Below, piece by piece: positions 1-10,353 of a DNA stretch of 64,000 bases; the first letter of the stretch is position 1; every line of letters starts with the position of its first letter. The DNA is from Spirochaetia bacterium (GTDB taxonomy: Bacteria; Spirochaetota; Spirochaetia; SZUA-6; Bin103). The notes under the pieces are model-generated. The model was not told the origin of the DNA. It searched no databases and saw nothing but the letters and a program-made list of their open reading frames with translations. The stretch lies in the NCBI GenBank assembly GCA_965203905.1, contig CBDBDQ010000005.1:4896001-4960000 (forward strand). Direction: 5' to 3'. The translations under genes were made by a program, and so were the position numbers.

Positions 1-54
1 GAGAATCATGATTGGTCGTCCAGACGGGGCAGATTTGATGTCCAACGAGCGCGA

Positions 55-537
55 ATGATAGATGCACAAGATCCTCCAGTGGACACGGTCCTTGCCCACA
101 TCAAGACGGCCGGGGAGCTGTACCATCGCCTGATCCTGGTCGTGTCCCCCGGCGGATCAGGGAAGACCGCGACGCTACGGGCAGTTGCAACACACACTGG
201 CGTGCAGATAGTCAATCTCAACCTGGAGCTCTCTCGCCGGTTGCTGGATCTCACCGAGCGCCGTCGGGCGCTTGAGGTGCCCGGTGCCCTGGATGAGATC
301 CTGGGGTGGGACAAGCCGCTCGTCCTGCTGGACAACACCGAGATTCTGTTCGACCCGGCGCTCCAGCAGGATCCTCTCCGTCTGCTGCAGCGCGCGTCGC
401 GCAACCGCACGATCGTCACGTCCTGGAACGGCACGGTCGACGACCGCTACCTGAGCTACGCGGACCCCGGCCATCCTGAGCACCGTCGTTACTCGACAGA
501 CGGTCTGGTGATCGTAGTCCCTTCAGCGGTAACGTAA
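55..537 (+). CDS. brxF: BREX-3 P-loop protein BrxF
   Basis: 160 aa, Walker A SPGGSGKT, 'VLLDNTEILFDPALQQDPLRLL' and 'YADPGHPEHR' motifs, directly upstream of brxC. Confidence 0.9.
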   Translation: MIDAQDPPVDTVLAHIKTAGELYHRLILVVSPGGSGKTATLRAVATHTGVQIVNLNLELSRRLLDLTERRRALEVPGALDEILGWDKPLVLLDNTEILFDPALQQDPLRLLQRASRNRTIVTSWNGTVDDRYLSYADPGHPEHRRYSTDGLVIVVPSAVT

Positions 538-552
538 GGTAGACGAGACACG

Positions 553-3500
553 ATGACCTACAACGACCTGATTCAGTTCGAGCCGATCGAGACGGTGGTG
601 CAGTTGCGCGACGCCGATCACGAGTCGGCTGCTCACCGGCTGGTGGCCACCTACGTGGTGAGCAACGAGATGGCCGAGAAGCTCGCCGCCGTTCTGATCC
701 CCCAGCTTCAGTTCGACGAGCCGGCCGACAACAAGGGGTTCCTGGTGGTCGGCAACTACGGAACCGGCAAGTCCCACCTGATGTCGGTCATCTCCGCGGT
801 AGCGGAGCGCGGCGAGTTGCTCGATGCGCTCACTAACGAGGACCTGGTTGCCGCGGCGCGCCGGATAGCCGGCCGGTTCAAGGTAGCCCGCACCGAGTTG
901 GGCGCTACCACGATGGATTTCCGTGAGTTCGTCTGCTCCCAGCTTGAGGAGGCACTCGCCACGTGGGGCATCGAGTACCGATTCCCGCCCCGAGACACCA
1001 TCCCGAACCACAAGCGGGCATTCGAGGAAATGATGGCCGCGTTCCACCGGCAGTACCCCGATCACGGGTTGCTGCTCGTGGTGGACGAGTTGCTCGACTA
1101 CCTCAAGAGCCGCAGAGACCAGGAGTTGGTCCTCGACCTGAACTTCCTGCGTGAGGTGGGCGAGGTGTGCAAGGACCTCAGGTTTCGCTTCGTGGCCGGA
1201 GTGCAGGAAGCGATCTTCGACAGCCTTAGATTCGCCCACGTGGCTGATAGTCTTCGGCGCGTCAAGGATCGCTTCGATCAGCTTCTCATCGCCCGAACGG
1301 ACGTGAAGTTCGTGGTCTCCCAACGGCTGCTCAAGAAGAGCGGCGAGCAGCAAGCGCAGATCCGCGATTATCTGTCTCCGTTCACGAAGTTCTACGGCAA
1401 CATGAACGAGCGGCTGGACGAGTTCGTGCGCCTGTTTCCGGTCCACCCCGATTTCATCGACACCTTCGAGCGAATCACGGTGATCGAGAAGCGAGAGGTC
1501 CTTAAAGCGCTCTCGGTGGCGATGAAGCGGGTCATAGACCGCGAGTTGCCGTCCGACAGCCCAGGTCTGATCGCGTACGATGCCTACTGGCGCACGTTGC
1601 GCGAGAATCCCGCATTTCGCGCCGACCCCGACATCAAGGCGGTGATCGATTGCAGCCAGGTGCTGGAGGCACGCATCAGGCAGGCGTTCACCCGCCCGGC
1701 CTACCAACCGGTCGCGTTGCGGATCATTCATGGGTTGTCGGTCCACCGCCTGACACACCAGGACATCTACGCGGCGCTGGGAGCTACTTCGGAGGAACTC
1801 CGGGACGGCCTGTGTCTGTACCAAGAGGGAATCGAGGACTTGGGGGGCGAGCCGGCGGACGACCTGCTCACGCAGGTCGAGACTGTCCTGCGTGAGATCC
1901 GGCGAACCGTGAACGGGCAGTTCATCACCGCGAACGCCGACAACGGCCAGCACTACCTCGACCTCAAGAAAACCGACGACTACGACGCCTTGATCGAGAA
2001 GCGCGCCGAGACACTCGACGAGTCGCAGCTAGATCGCTACTACTACGAGGCGCTCAGAAGCGTGCTGGTGGAACGCCCAGAGGCGATCTACGTTCCCGGC
2101 TACCAGATCTGGGAGCACGAGCTGGAGTGGCTTGAGCGTCACGCATCGCGGCGGGGCTACCTTTTCTTCGGGGCGCCCAACGAGCGATCCACGGCGGTCC
2201 CGCCGCGCGATTTCTACCTGTACTTCGTCCAACCGCACGATCCGCCGCACTACCAGGACCAGAAGAAGCCGGACGAGGTGTTCTTTCGATTCACCGGCCA
2301 GGACGACACCGTGCGGCACGCGCTCAGGAGCTACGCCGCGGCGCTTGATCTGGCATCACGCGCATCTGGGCACGCGAAGGAAGCGTACGATGGGAGAGCG
2401 CGAGGCTCGCGGCAGGACGTGACGAATTGGCTGCAGGACCGGATGACCACGGCGTTCGAGGTCACCTACCGAGGAAGGACCAAGCCCCTGATGAGATGGA
2501 TCAAGGGCAGGCGTACCGGAACGGGCGCGCGAGCCAACGTCAGAGAGATGGTGAACGCAGCCTCTTCGGTTGCCCTCGCCGCTCACTTCGAGAACGAAGC
2601 TCCGCAATATCCTACCTTCGCGGACTATCACACCCCCAAGAGCCGGCTGCAGGCGGTTCGGGACGCTCTGCGATGGATAGCCGGTTCCGCAAAGACGCAA
2701 CAGGCGGCAAAGGTCCTCGACGCCCTGGAACTGCTCGACGGTGACCGGCTCGATCCCAAGCTTTCAAAGTACGCGGGCCACATTGTCGATTCGTTGCGCA
2801 AGAAGGGGGTCGGGCAGGTCCTCAACCGGGAAGACCTCATCGACACCGTTCAGGATGTCGAGTACTTGGCGCCGGCCACGTTTCGGCTGGAGCCTGATTG
2901 GGTGGTCGTTCTGCTGGCGAGCCTCGTCTACTCCGGCGAACTGGTGCTCGCCGTCCCCGGCAAGAAGCTGGATGCCACTGACGTGGCAGTCCTCGCAGCC
3001 ACGCCGGTAGATGAACTCGCCAACTTCAAACACGTCGAGCGCCCCAAGGAGTGGAACATCCCGGCCCTGAGCGCCGTGTTCGAAACGGTGGGTCTGACCC
3101 CAGGCATGGCGCGACTCGTGACGCAGGGCAAAGACGCACCGGTTCAGGAACTGCAGAAGGCGGTGACCTCCTTCGTGACCAGGGCAGTCACGGCGCAGCA
3201 GGCGATACGGGAAGGGCTGCACTTTTGGGGCAGTAACCTGCTCGACGAGCAGGCCGACCTCAATCTGCGCAACAACCTGGATACATTCAAGGTGTTCCTT
3301 GAATCGCTGCAGGCGTACTCGTCGCCCGGGAGGCTCAAGAACTTCCGCTACGACCGGTACGAAGTGGAGGCGCAACAAGCCGGACTGAACGCCGTGCGAG
3401 AGGTTGAATCCCTCGTGGCGCTGGTCGCGGCGCTCGGAGGCACGGCGTCCTTCTTGTCGGCAGCGGAGGCCGTGCTGCCACCGGACCACGAGTGGACTGC

Positions 3501-4266
3501 ACGGATGAAACAAGCAAGGACGACCCTCCTCGGACAGATCGTCGATCCCGCGGCACGGTCTCAGCCCGCGTTCCGCCGCGAGGCGCAGCGGGCGCTCGGC
3601 GATCTGAAGCAGCAGTATGTCCGCGTATACCTCGACCTTCACACGCGAGGCCGACTCGGCGTCAACGACGACGCGCGCAAGCGCTGGCTCCTCAAGGACG
3701 AACGCCTGAAGAAGGTAAGCACACTGGCTACCATCGACCTGATGCCCCGCGGGCAGCTCGCGGGCTTTCAGGACCGTCTGGCCGGTGTGAGAAGCTGCTT
3801 CCGACTGACCGAGCAGGATCTCGTTGCGTCCCCTGAGTGTCCACATTGCGGATTCCGGCCGGCTACTGAGTCGACACCCGCGCGCGCTGGCGACGTGCTC
3901 TCGAACCTCGACGACGAACTCGACACGATCCTGTGCGGTTGGACTCAGACCCTGCTCACCAACCTGGACGACCCGATCGTCAGCGAGCAGGTGGCACTCT
4001 TGGATTCTGCCGAGGGCAGGCTTGTCAGTGCATTCATCGAATCCCGCACGCTCCCCGAAGACCTGGATCACAGCTTTGTCCACGGCGTTCGCACCCTGCT
4101 CTCCGGCTTGGCCAAGGTGGTCATAGCCACGGCGGATCTTCGCGAGGCGCTCCTTTTCGGGGGATCACCTGTGACTATCGACGAAATGACGACACGGTTC
4201 GGTGACTATCTAAGCGACCGATCGAAGGGTAACGACCGCGACAAGGTGCGGATCGTGCTGGAGTAG
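553..4266 (+). CDS. brxC: BREX-3 ATPase BrxC (DUF6079 family)
   Basis: 1237 aa, N-terminus '[16 protein letters not shown]', Walker A GNYGTGKS, Walker B LLVVDE, C-terminal CPHC and 'KVRIVLE' end. Confidence 0.92.
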   Translation: MTYNDLIQFEPIETVVQLRDADHESAAHRLVATYVVSNEMAEKLAAVLIPQLQFDEPADNKGFLVVGNYGTGKSHLMSVISAVAERGELLDALTNEDLVAAARRIAGRFKVARTELGATTMDFREFVCSQLEEALATWGIEYRFPPRDTIPNHKRAFEEMMAAFHRQYPDHGLLLVVDELLDYLKSRRDQELVLDLNFLREVGEVCKDLRFRFVAGVQEAIFDSLRFAHVADSLRRVKDRFDQLLIARTDVKFVVSQRLLKKSGEQQAQIRDYLSPFTKFYGNMNERLDEFVRLFPVHPDFIDTFERITVIEKREVLKALSVAMKRVIDRELPSDSPGLIAYDAYWRTLRENPAFRADPDIKAVIDCSQVLEARIRQAFTRPAYQPVALRIIHGLSVHRLTHQDIYAALGATSEELRDGLCLYQEGIEDLGGEPADDLLTQVETVLREIRRTVNGQFITANADNGQHYLDLKKTDDYDALIEKRAETLDESQLDRYYYEALRSVLVERPEAIYVPGYQIWEHELEWLERHASRRGYLFFGAPNERSTAVPPRDFYLYFVQPHDPPHYQDQKKPDEVFFRFTGQDDTVRHALRSYAAALDLASRASGHAKEAYDGRARGSRQDVTNWLQDRMTTAFEVTYRGRTKPLMRWIKGRRTGTGARANVREMVNAASSVALAAHFENEAPQYPTFADYHTPKSRLQAVRDALRWIAGSAKTQQAAKVLDALELLDGDRLDPKLSKYAGHIVDSLRKKGVGQVLNREDLIDTVQDVEYLAPATFRLEPDWVVVLLASLVYSGELVLAVPGKKLDATDVAVLAATPVDELANFKHVERPKEWNIPALSAVFETVGLTPGMARLVTQGKDAPVQELQKAVTSFVTRAVTAQQAIREGLHFWGSNLLDEQADLNLRNNLDTFKVFLESLQAYSSPGRLKNFRYDRYEVEAQQAGLNAVREVESLVALVAALGGTASFLSAAEAVLPPDHEWTARMKQARTTLLGQIVDPAARSQPAFRREAQRALGDLKQQYVRVYLDLHTRGRLGVNDDARKRWLLKDERLKKVSTLATIDLMPRGQLAGFQDRLAGVRSCFRLTEQDLVASPECPHCGFRPATESTPARAGDVLSNLDDELDTILCGWTQTLLTNLDDPIVSEQVALLDSAEGRLVSAFIESRTLPEDLDHSFVHGVRTLLSGLAKVVIATADLREALLFGGSPVTIDEMTTRFGDYLSDRSKGNDRDKVRIVLE

Positions 4267-4333
4267 TGCTAGATGACGCTTCTACACACGATCCTTGGCA
4301 CCATTATAATCAGAACAATAGCCCAAGGTAGGA

Positions 4334-5557
4334 GTGATGACACTTTACCCTCGACAACCAGCATCCGGAGATGGCCAGACCGAGACCAATCCGCGAGTCT
4401 TCGTGAGTTCCGTAATGGAGAACTTTGCTGAGTACCGAGAGGCAGCCGCGATAGGGATTCGCCGCGCTGGATGCGAGCCGGTCCGGGCAGAGGACTTCCC
4501 CGCGCAATCCACTTCACCACGGACGGCCTGCTTGGACGGGGTTCGTAGTGCAGACGCACTGGTGCTCATCCTTGGCGAGCGTTATGGATTCGTCGGACCT
4601 TCCGGCCTCGCCGCAACCGAAGAAGAATACCGGGAAGCTCTGAAAACTGACAAGCCCGTATTGGTATTTATACAGGCTGGTGTCATACACGAGCCCCGAC
4701 AGGCGTCTCTGATCGCCAACATTCAAGGTTACGTCGACGGCCACTGGCGCAAGGCATTTCGGGGATCCTCGGAGTTGGCGGAGCTCGTGGAAGACGCAGT
4801 GAAAGCCGCAGACTTGGACGCCGTACCGCTTCGCGGAAGCCAAGCAGCAGCGAGGAGGGTGCGTTCCGAGCTGACGGATGGTTTCACGAACGGTACGGAC
4901 GCAGTAGTCCTGCGGACAGTCTGGGCAACGCTGCGCAACGAGGAGGTCATTGATCCTCTTGAGCTCGACGACGGCGAGTTCAAGCGAGTACTGCTACGTA
5001 TAGGGCATGAGTGCGTCCCACCGGTATTCGACTACGCCTGCGGCAAGAGATCATTCGTCGAGACTTCACGTATCAGGATAAATCAAGGTGATATCCAGAA
5101 TTGGGGCGGTACTGAGCACTTCGCCGCTGTGGAGATCAGCGTCCAAGGAACGATGGTGGTCACGCAAGGCGTCACGGGAGCCGAGGATCGACGCGACACG
5201 CTCGACCATCATCTAAGTGCTCATGTGATTGATCCGAACGTCTTGCAGGCGCAGATGAAACAAGCGTGGGCCTTCGCCGCGGGTTGGTGGAAAGAACGTG
5301 ACCCCTATCTGAGACACGATAGGCTACTGTACAATGTTGGTCTCTACAACATAGGACACCGTGTATTCGGCCCGCCTCCTCGCGCGGGAGAACCCATCAC
5401 GGTGCCGTTTGTGCCCTTGGACGGTCCGTTGATCGTGTTCGACTCGCCCCGAACCGTATCTCGTGCCTCTCTCGATGTCTCCGACGATGAGGTTGCACGA
5501 GCTATCAGTCTTATCGGACGCCGGTTTCGCCAACTCCACGATAGATGGCAGCGATGA
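4334..5557 (+). CDS. DUF4062 domain protein with uncharacterised C-terminal domain
   Basis: 'RVFVSSVM...R..A...CLDGVRSADALVLILGERYG...TEEEYREA...KPVLVF' typical of DUF4062. Confidence 0.85.
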   Translation: MMTLYPRQPASGDGQTETNPRVFVSSVMENFAEYREAAAIGIRRAGCEPVRAEDFPAQSTSPRTACLDGVRSADALVLILGERYGFVGPSGLAATEEEYREALKTDKPVLVFIQAGVIHEPRQASLIANIQGYVDGHWRKAFRGSSELAELVEDAVKAADLDAVPLRGSQAAARRVRSELTDGFTNGTDAVVLRTVWATLRNEEVIDPLELDDGEFKRVLLRIGHECVPPVFDYACGKRSFVETSRIRINQGDIQNWGGTEHFAAVEISVQGTMVVTQGVTGAEDRRDTLDHHLSAHVIDPNVLQAQMKQAWAFAAGWWKERDPYLRHDRLLYNVGLYNIGHRVFGPPPRAGEPITVPFVPLDGPLIVFDSPRTVSRASLDVSDDEVARAISLIGRRFRQLHDRWQR

Positions 5558-7395
5558 CGCGGAGTGCGCTGATCGATCGCCTGAGCAAGTACGAGTGGTC
5601 GGATGTCGAATTCAAGGAGGCACGCAACGCAGCGCCCAAGAGTGCGTACGAGACGGTTTCCGCGTTTGCCAACACTGCTGGTGGTTGGCTGGTGTTCGGT
5701 GTCCGCGACCGCGGCGGGTCGCTCGGAATCGTTGGCGTCATTCAGGTTGACAAGGTACAGAACGAGTTCCTGAGCACCCTCCGGTCCGGGCAGAAGATCA
5801 ACCGCGCCATCGACGTTGCCGAGGACATGGTCGAGACCGACGGCAAGACGCTCCTCGTCTTCCACATCCCGGAGTCGCCTCGGAGCGAGAAGCCAGTCTA
5901 CCTCGACGGCGACATCCGGCGCTCATTCATTCGGCGCGGCGCCGGCGACGAGCGTTGTACTCCTGCGGAGATCGAGCGGTTTCTCCGAGATGCTTCCGCG
6001 GACCGCTACGATGGCGAGACGCTGTCCGGACTGGACGCCGAGGAGTTCTTCGACGCGGAGTCCGTGCGCTGGTACCGGCGCGTGTTCGACGAACGCAACC
6101 CCGGCAGGCATCAGGGGCTCTCGGATGTGGAGTTCCTGAACGAATGGGGCTTCGTCGTGGAACAGGGCGATCGCCTGGCGCCCACGCGCGCGGCGACCCT
6201 CGTCTTTGGTCGCGCGCGCCACGTACGCCGGATACTGCCGCGACCGGTCGTCGATTGCCAGTTCATCGACTCTCCGTTCCACTCGTGGTCGACCGACCGG
6301 CGATGGTACGACCGAATCGTAGTCGAGGAGAATCTCGTTCAGGCGTGGCTGATGCTGTCCGAGCGCTACGCGAAACATGCCGAACACCCGTTCAGCGTAG
6401 ACGCGGCAACGCTCCGGCGGGATGACGATCCGCCGGACTACGTCTCATTCCGCGAAGCGGCCATCAATCTGCTTATCCACCAGGACTACGGCGATCACGG
6501 CCGCAAGGCGTCTATCAGGTTCTTCCGCGATCGGACCGTGTTCTGGAATCCGGGCGACTCCTTCGCCGCCACCGATGAGCTTCTGGACCCCACCGAGAAG
6601 GAGGTGCGCAACCCGGCGATCGTTGGCGCGTTCCGCCGGATCGGGCTGAGCGAGCAGGCGGGGACCGGCGTACGCGCGATCTTCCAGGGCTGGCAGCGGC
6701 TGGGCCACGTTCCTCCGGTGATCGAGGACGACAAGGCGAAGAAGACATTCGAGCTTCTGCTGTTACGCGAGGTGCTGGTCAGCAGAGAGCAGCGGCTGCT
6801 GCAGGCGCAACTCGGCGTGAACCTCAGCGAGCCGCAGGCACGGCTCTTCGCCGTCGCCTGCCGTCGGCGCGGCGCCTCGCTCGCGGACGCGAAGGCGGTG
6901 ACGGGCCATTCGGGGCCGGAGGCTCGGAAGGTGCTGGACGCGCTTGCCGTACAAGGACTCCTGGAGGCGTCGGGAGATACAGGCCGGTACGGCCTTGCCG
7001 AGCACATCAAGGGTAGCCTCGATACTGCACAGCTTGATCAGTCGACGAGTGACCAAGTCCGGGAAGGCGCCGCCGGCTTGGTCAGTGACCAACCCGGCAG
7101 ACCTGACGCCCACTTGGTCACTCCCGCGCTGCCCAATCTGACCGACGATCAGCGCGCGATCATCACGCTGTGCGAAGTACCGCGCAAGCAAGCCGAGCTC
7201 ATGCGGGAGACCGGGCTCTCGCACCGTACGTTCTTTCGGCGTAAGCGCTTGGACCCATTGCTTCGGGCCGGGCTGATCCGCATGACCCGCCCGGACGAGC
7301 CGAACCACCCCGACCAAGCGTACGTGGTGACCGAGGCAGGTCTCGCATTCCTGCACGAATGGCGAGCCGAAGTTGGCCGCGAGGGAGACCCATGA
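5554..7395 (+). CDS. AlbA_2/Schlafen domain + HATPase_c_4 (RecG_C-like) + C-terminal HTH protein
   Basis: 'EWSDVEFKEA...ETVSAFANTAGGWLVFGV' (AlbA_2); 'REAAINLLIHQDY...NPG...RNPAI...EQAGTGV'; C-terminal 'LDPLLRAGLIRMTRPDEPNHPDQAY'; ATG 5554 overlaps the upstream TGA. Confidence 0.85.
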   Translation: MTRSALIDRLSKYEWSDVEFKEARNAAPKSAYETVSAFANTAGGWLVFGVRDRGGSLGIVGVIQVDKVQNEFLSTLRSGQKINRAIDVAEDMVETDGKTLLVFHIPESPRSEKPVYLDGDIRRSFIRRGAGDERCTPAEIERFLRDASADRYDGETLSGLDAEEFFDAESVRWYRRVFDERNPGRHQGLSDVEFLNEWGFVVEQGDRLAPTRAATLVFGRARHVRRILPRPVVDCQFIDSPFHSWSTDRRWYDRIVVEENLVQAWLMLSERYAKHAEHPFSVDAATLRRDDDPPDYVSFREAAINLLIHQDYGDHGRKASIRFFRDRTVFWNPGDSFAATDELLDPTEKEVRNPAIVGAFRRIGLSEQAGTGVRAIFQGWQRLGHVPPVIEDDKAKKTFELLLLREVLVSREQRLLQAQLGVNLSEPQARLFAVACRRRGASLADAKAVTGHSGPEARKVLDALAVQGLLEASGDTGRYGLAEHIKGSLDTAQLDQSTSDQVREGAAGLVSDQPGRPDAHLVTPALPNLTDDQRAIITLCEVPRKQAELMRETGLSHRTFFRRKRLDPLLRAGLIRMTRPDEPNHPDQAYVVTEAGLAFLHEWRAEVGREGDP

Positions 7396-7416
7396 GCCGC
7401 GGTTTCCACGTGCCGA

Positions 7417-7483
7417 GGTTGGTCACTGAGCAATCCCTCTGCCATGCGGCAACTTGGTCACTGTCTTCCGCTGACTTGGTCAC
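7417..7483. repeat. TTGGTCAC motif triplet (spacing 35/22) upstream of pglXI
   Basis: TTGGTCAC at 7419, 7454 and 7476; same motif and spacing at 21672/21707/21729. Confidence 0.75.
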
Positions 7484-7509
7484 GGTACGACTTGCCGGAG
7501 GCGATGTGG

Positions 7510-10353
7510 ATGGCTGAGCGAGACGACCGCTCGCAGGAGAAGCTCTTCCGTACCGAAACAGTCCCCGGCAAGGCCGGCAGCGGGAGACTGTTCGACGAAC
7601 GTCCGGTCACGCCGGAGCCGGTGGAGTGCCTCGGCATGAGGTTCGAGTCGGAAGATGCACGGCGCACGTACTTCCTTGACCGCCTGAAGGAGCAACTCCC
7701 CGATCTGCGGAAGCGCTCCGACTTCCCGGTCGGAGAGGACCACGACATCTTGCGCCTGTCCGACCCACCCTGGTACACGGCCTGCCCCAACCCGTTCCTG
7801 GCCGAGTTCGTGGGATACCGTGGCCGTCCGTACGACCCGGACCAGCCGTACCACCGCGAACCGTTCGCCGTGGACGTGAGCGAGGGCAAGACCGACCCGC
7901 TGTACCGGGCGCACGGCTACCACACCAAGGTGCCCCACCGGGCGATCGTGCCCTCCATCCTGCACTACACCAAGCCGGGCGACATCGTCCTGGACGGCTT
8001 CTGCGGCGCCGGTATGACCGGGGTGGCGGCGCAGTGGTGCGAGACTCCGCCGAGCCAGTACCGCGCCGAGATCAAGGCGCGATGGCAGGAGCAGGGCCGT
8101 CCGGCGCCCGAGTGGGGGCCACGCCACACGATCCTGGGCGATCTGTCCCCCGCCGCCACCTTCATCGCCGCCAACTACACGATCCCGTTCGACGTCGATG
8201 TTTTCACGTGCGCGGCCCGGCGCCTGCTCGACGACGTGGAAGCGGAGATCGGCTGGATGTACGAGACGTTCCACGCCGCAGGCGAGACCGGGAAGATCAA
8301 CTACACCGTGTGGAGCGAAGTGTTCTCCTGTCCGGAGTGCGCGGGCGAGGTTGTATTCCTCCGGGAGGCGCTCGACCAGGAGACCATGCGCACACGCGAT
8401 CAGTTCCCGTGCCCGCACTGCTCGGCGGTATTGTCGAAGGACAATCTGCAGCGATCCTTTCGTTCCCGTTCCGACCCGGCTTCAGGCGAACCGTGGCAAC
8501 GCATCCGGTTGCAACCGGTGCTGATCGACGCTCACGCGGCGGAAGTGGGTCGATACGGAACCACCCCGGATCGCGGTGACTTGGCGAAACTCGAGCGAAT
8601 CGATAATCTCCCGCTGGTGCCCGAGGTTCCGGCGAACGCGTTCCCTATTGACGCGATGTATCACGGTTCGCGGCTTGCGCCGAAGGGATTTACCCACCTG
8701 CACCACCTGTTCCTGCCCCGCGCCGCGCACGCGCTGGCCGCGCTGTGGCGTCGGGCGCACCGATACGACGAGCCCCGGCTGCGCAACATGCTGCTGTTCT
8801 TCGTCGAGCAGGCGATCTGGGGAATGTCGCTGCTCAACCGGTACCAACCGCTCCAGCACGGTCGGCCTGGAGGGTCACAGGTGAATCGCCAGCTATCGGG
8901 TGTCTACTACGTCGGGTCGCAGATCGCCGAGGTCTCACCGCGGTACATCCTCAACGGCAAGTTGCAGCGCTTGAGCAAGGCGTTCAAGAAAACGCACCGG
9001 CGCCGCACCGTTGTGGTCTCCACCGGTAATTGCGGTGCCCTCGACCTGCCGGACAACGCCGTCGACTACGTGTTCACCGATCCGCCCTTCGGCGAGAACA
9101 TCTACTACGCCGACCTCAACTACCTGGTCGAATCGTGGCACCGCGTCCGCACCGCCAGCGGGCCGGAGGCGATCATCGACCGCGCCAAGGGCAAGGACCT
9201 CACCGACTATCTGCACGCGATGCAGCGCTGCTTCGCGGAATACCGCCGGGTTCTCAAGCCGGGCCGCTGGATGACTGTGGTGTTCCATAACTCCCGCAAC
9301 GCCGTCTGGAACGCCATCCAGGAGGCGATGCTCGCCGCCGGCTTTGTGGTCGCGGACGTGCGAACCCTCGACAAGCGGCAGGGCTCCTATCGTCAGGTGA
9401 CCAGCACCGCAGTCAAGCAGGACTTGGTCATCTCCGCCTACAAGCCAAACTTCGGGCTCGAAGCACGGTTCGAGCTGGCAGCCGGTACCGAGGATGGCGT
9501 CTGGGACTTCGTCCGCACCCACCTGCGGCATCTCCCGGTGTTCGTGGCGCGGGACGACCGTGCGGAGGTGATCGCCGAGCGCCAGAACTCCCTGCTGTTC
9601 GATCGCATGGTCGCCTTTCACGTCCAGCGCGGCGTTCTGGTGCCGCTCGCCGCCGCCGAGTTCCACGCCGGACTGGCAACGCGCTTCCCCGAGCGCGACG
9701 GTATGTTCTTCCTGCCGGAGCAGGTCGCCGAGTACGACCGCAGGCGGCTCAAGGCGAAGGCGCTCGACCAACTGACCCTGTTCGTCGACGACGAGGCGAG
9801 CGCGATCCAATGGCTGCGGCAGGCACTCACCAGAAAGCCGCAGACCTTCCAGGACGTGCACCCTCACTTCATCCGGGAGTTGCGCGCCTGGCAGAAGCAC
9901 GAGCGAATGCCCGAGCTGTCGGCGCTGCTGGCGCAGAACTTCCTACGTTACGACGGCAAGGGTGACGTCCCGGGCCAGATCCACGGCTACCTGTCGACCA
10001 ATTTCAAGGAGTTACGCAACCTTGAAAAGGACGACGCCGCCCTCCGCGCCAAGGCCAGGGACCGCTGGTACGTGCCCGACCCACGCAAGGCCGGCCAACG
10101 GGAGAAGCTGCGTGAACGCGCCCTGCTGCGGGAATTCGACGACTACCGCGACTCCGCCAAGCGGCGCCTGCGCATGTTCCGCCTGGAAGCGGTGCGCGCG
10201 GGCTTCCGCCGTGCCTGGCAGCGTCAGGACTACGCCACCATCATCGCCGTCGCGCAGAAAATCCCGGACGCGGTGCTCCAGGAAGACCCGAAACTGCTCA
10301 TGTGGTACGACCAAGCCCTCACCCGCAGCCCCGAATCACGGACGACGCCGTGA
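7510..10353 (+). CDS. pglXI: BREX-3 amino-DNA methyltransferase PglXI
   Basis: Motif I 'VLDGFCGAGMTG', motif IV 'FTDPPF', CPEC/CPHC zinc ribbon, C-terminal 'LQEDPKLLMWYD'; GGAGG at 7497-7501 supports ATG 7510. Confidence 0.88.
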   Translation: MAERDDRSQEKLFRTETVPGKAGSGRLFDERPVTPEPVECLGMRFESEDARRTYFLDRLKEQLPDLRKRSDFPVGEDHDILRLSDPPWYTACPNPFLAEFVGYRGRPYDPDQPYHREPFAVDVSEGKTDPLYRAHGYHTKVPHRAIVPSILHYTKPGDIVLDGFCGAGMTGVAAQWCETPPSQYRAEIKARWQEQGRPAPEWGPRHTILGDLSPAATFIAANYTIPFDVDVFTCAARRLLDDVEAEIGWMYETFHAAGETGKINYTVWSEVFSCPECAGEVVFLREALDQETMRTRDQFPCPHCSAVLSKDNLQRSFRSRSDPASGEPWQRIRLQPVLIDAHAAEVGRYGTTPDRGDLAKLERIDNLPLVPEVPANAFPIDAMYHGSRLAPKGFTHLHHLFLPRAAHALAALWRRAHRYDEPRLRNMLLFFVEQAIWGMSLLNRYQPLQHGRPGGSQVNRQLSGVYYVGSQIAEVSPRYILNGKLQRLSKAFKKTHRRRTVVVSTGNCGALDLPDNAVDYVFTDPPFGENIYYADLNYLVESWHRVRTASGPEAIIDRAKGKDLTDYLHAMQRCFAEYRRVLKPGRWMTVVFHNSRNAVWNAIQEAMLAAGFVVADVRTLDKRQGSYRQVTSTAVKQDLVISAYKPNFGLEARFELAAGTEDGVWDFVRTHLRHLPVFVARDDRAEVIAERQNSLLFDRMVAFHVQRGVLVPLAAAEFHAGLATRFPERDGMFFLPEQVAEYDRRRLKAKALDQLTLFVDDEASAIQWLRQALTRKPQTFQDVHPHFIRELRAWQKHERMPELSALLAQNFLRYDGKGDVPGQIHGYLSTNFKELRNLEKDDAALRAKARDRWYVPDPRKAGQREKLRERALLREFDDYRDSAKRRLRMFRLEAVRAGFRRAWQRQDYATIIAVAQKIPDAVLQEDPKLLMWYDQALTRSPESRTTP

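Noticed and set aside
523-4083. Long antisense ORFs over brxC (523..1953, 2764..4083) and similar ones over other genes
   Set aside because: Shadow ORFs expected from high-GC codon bias; no motifs.
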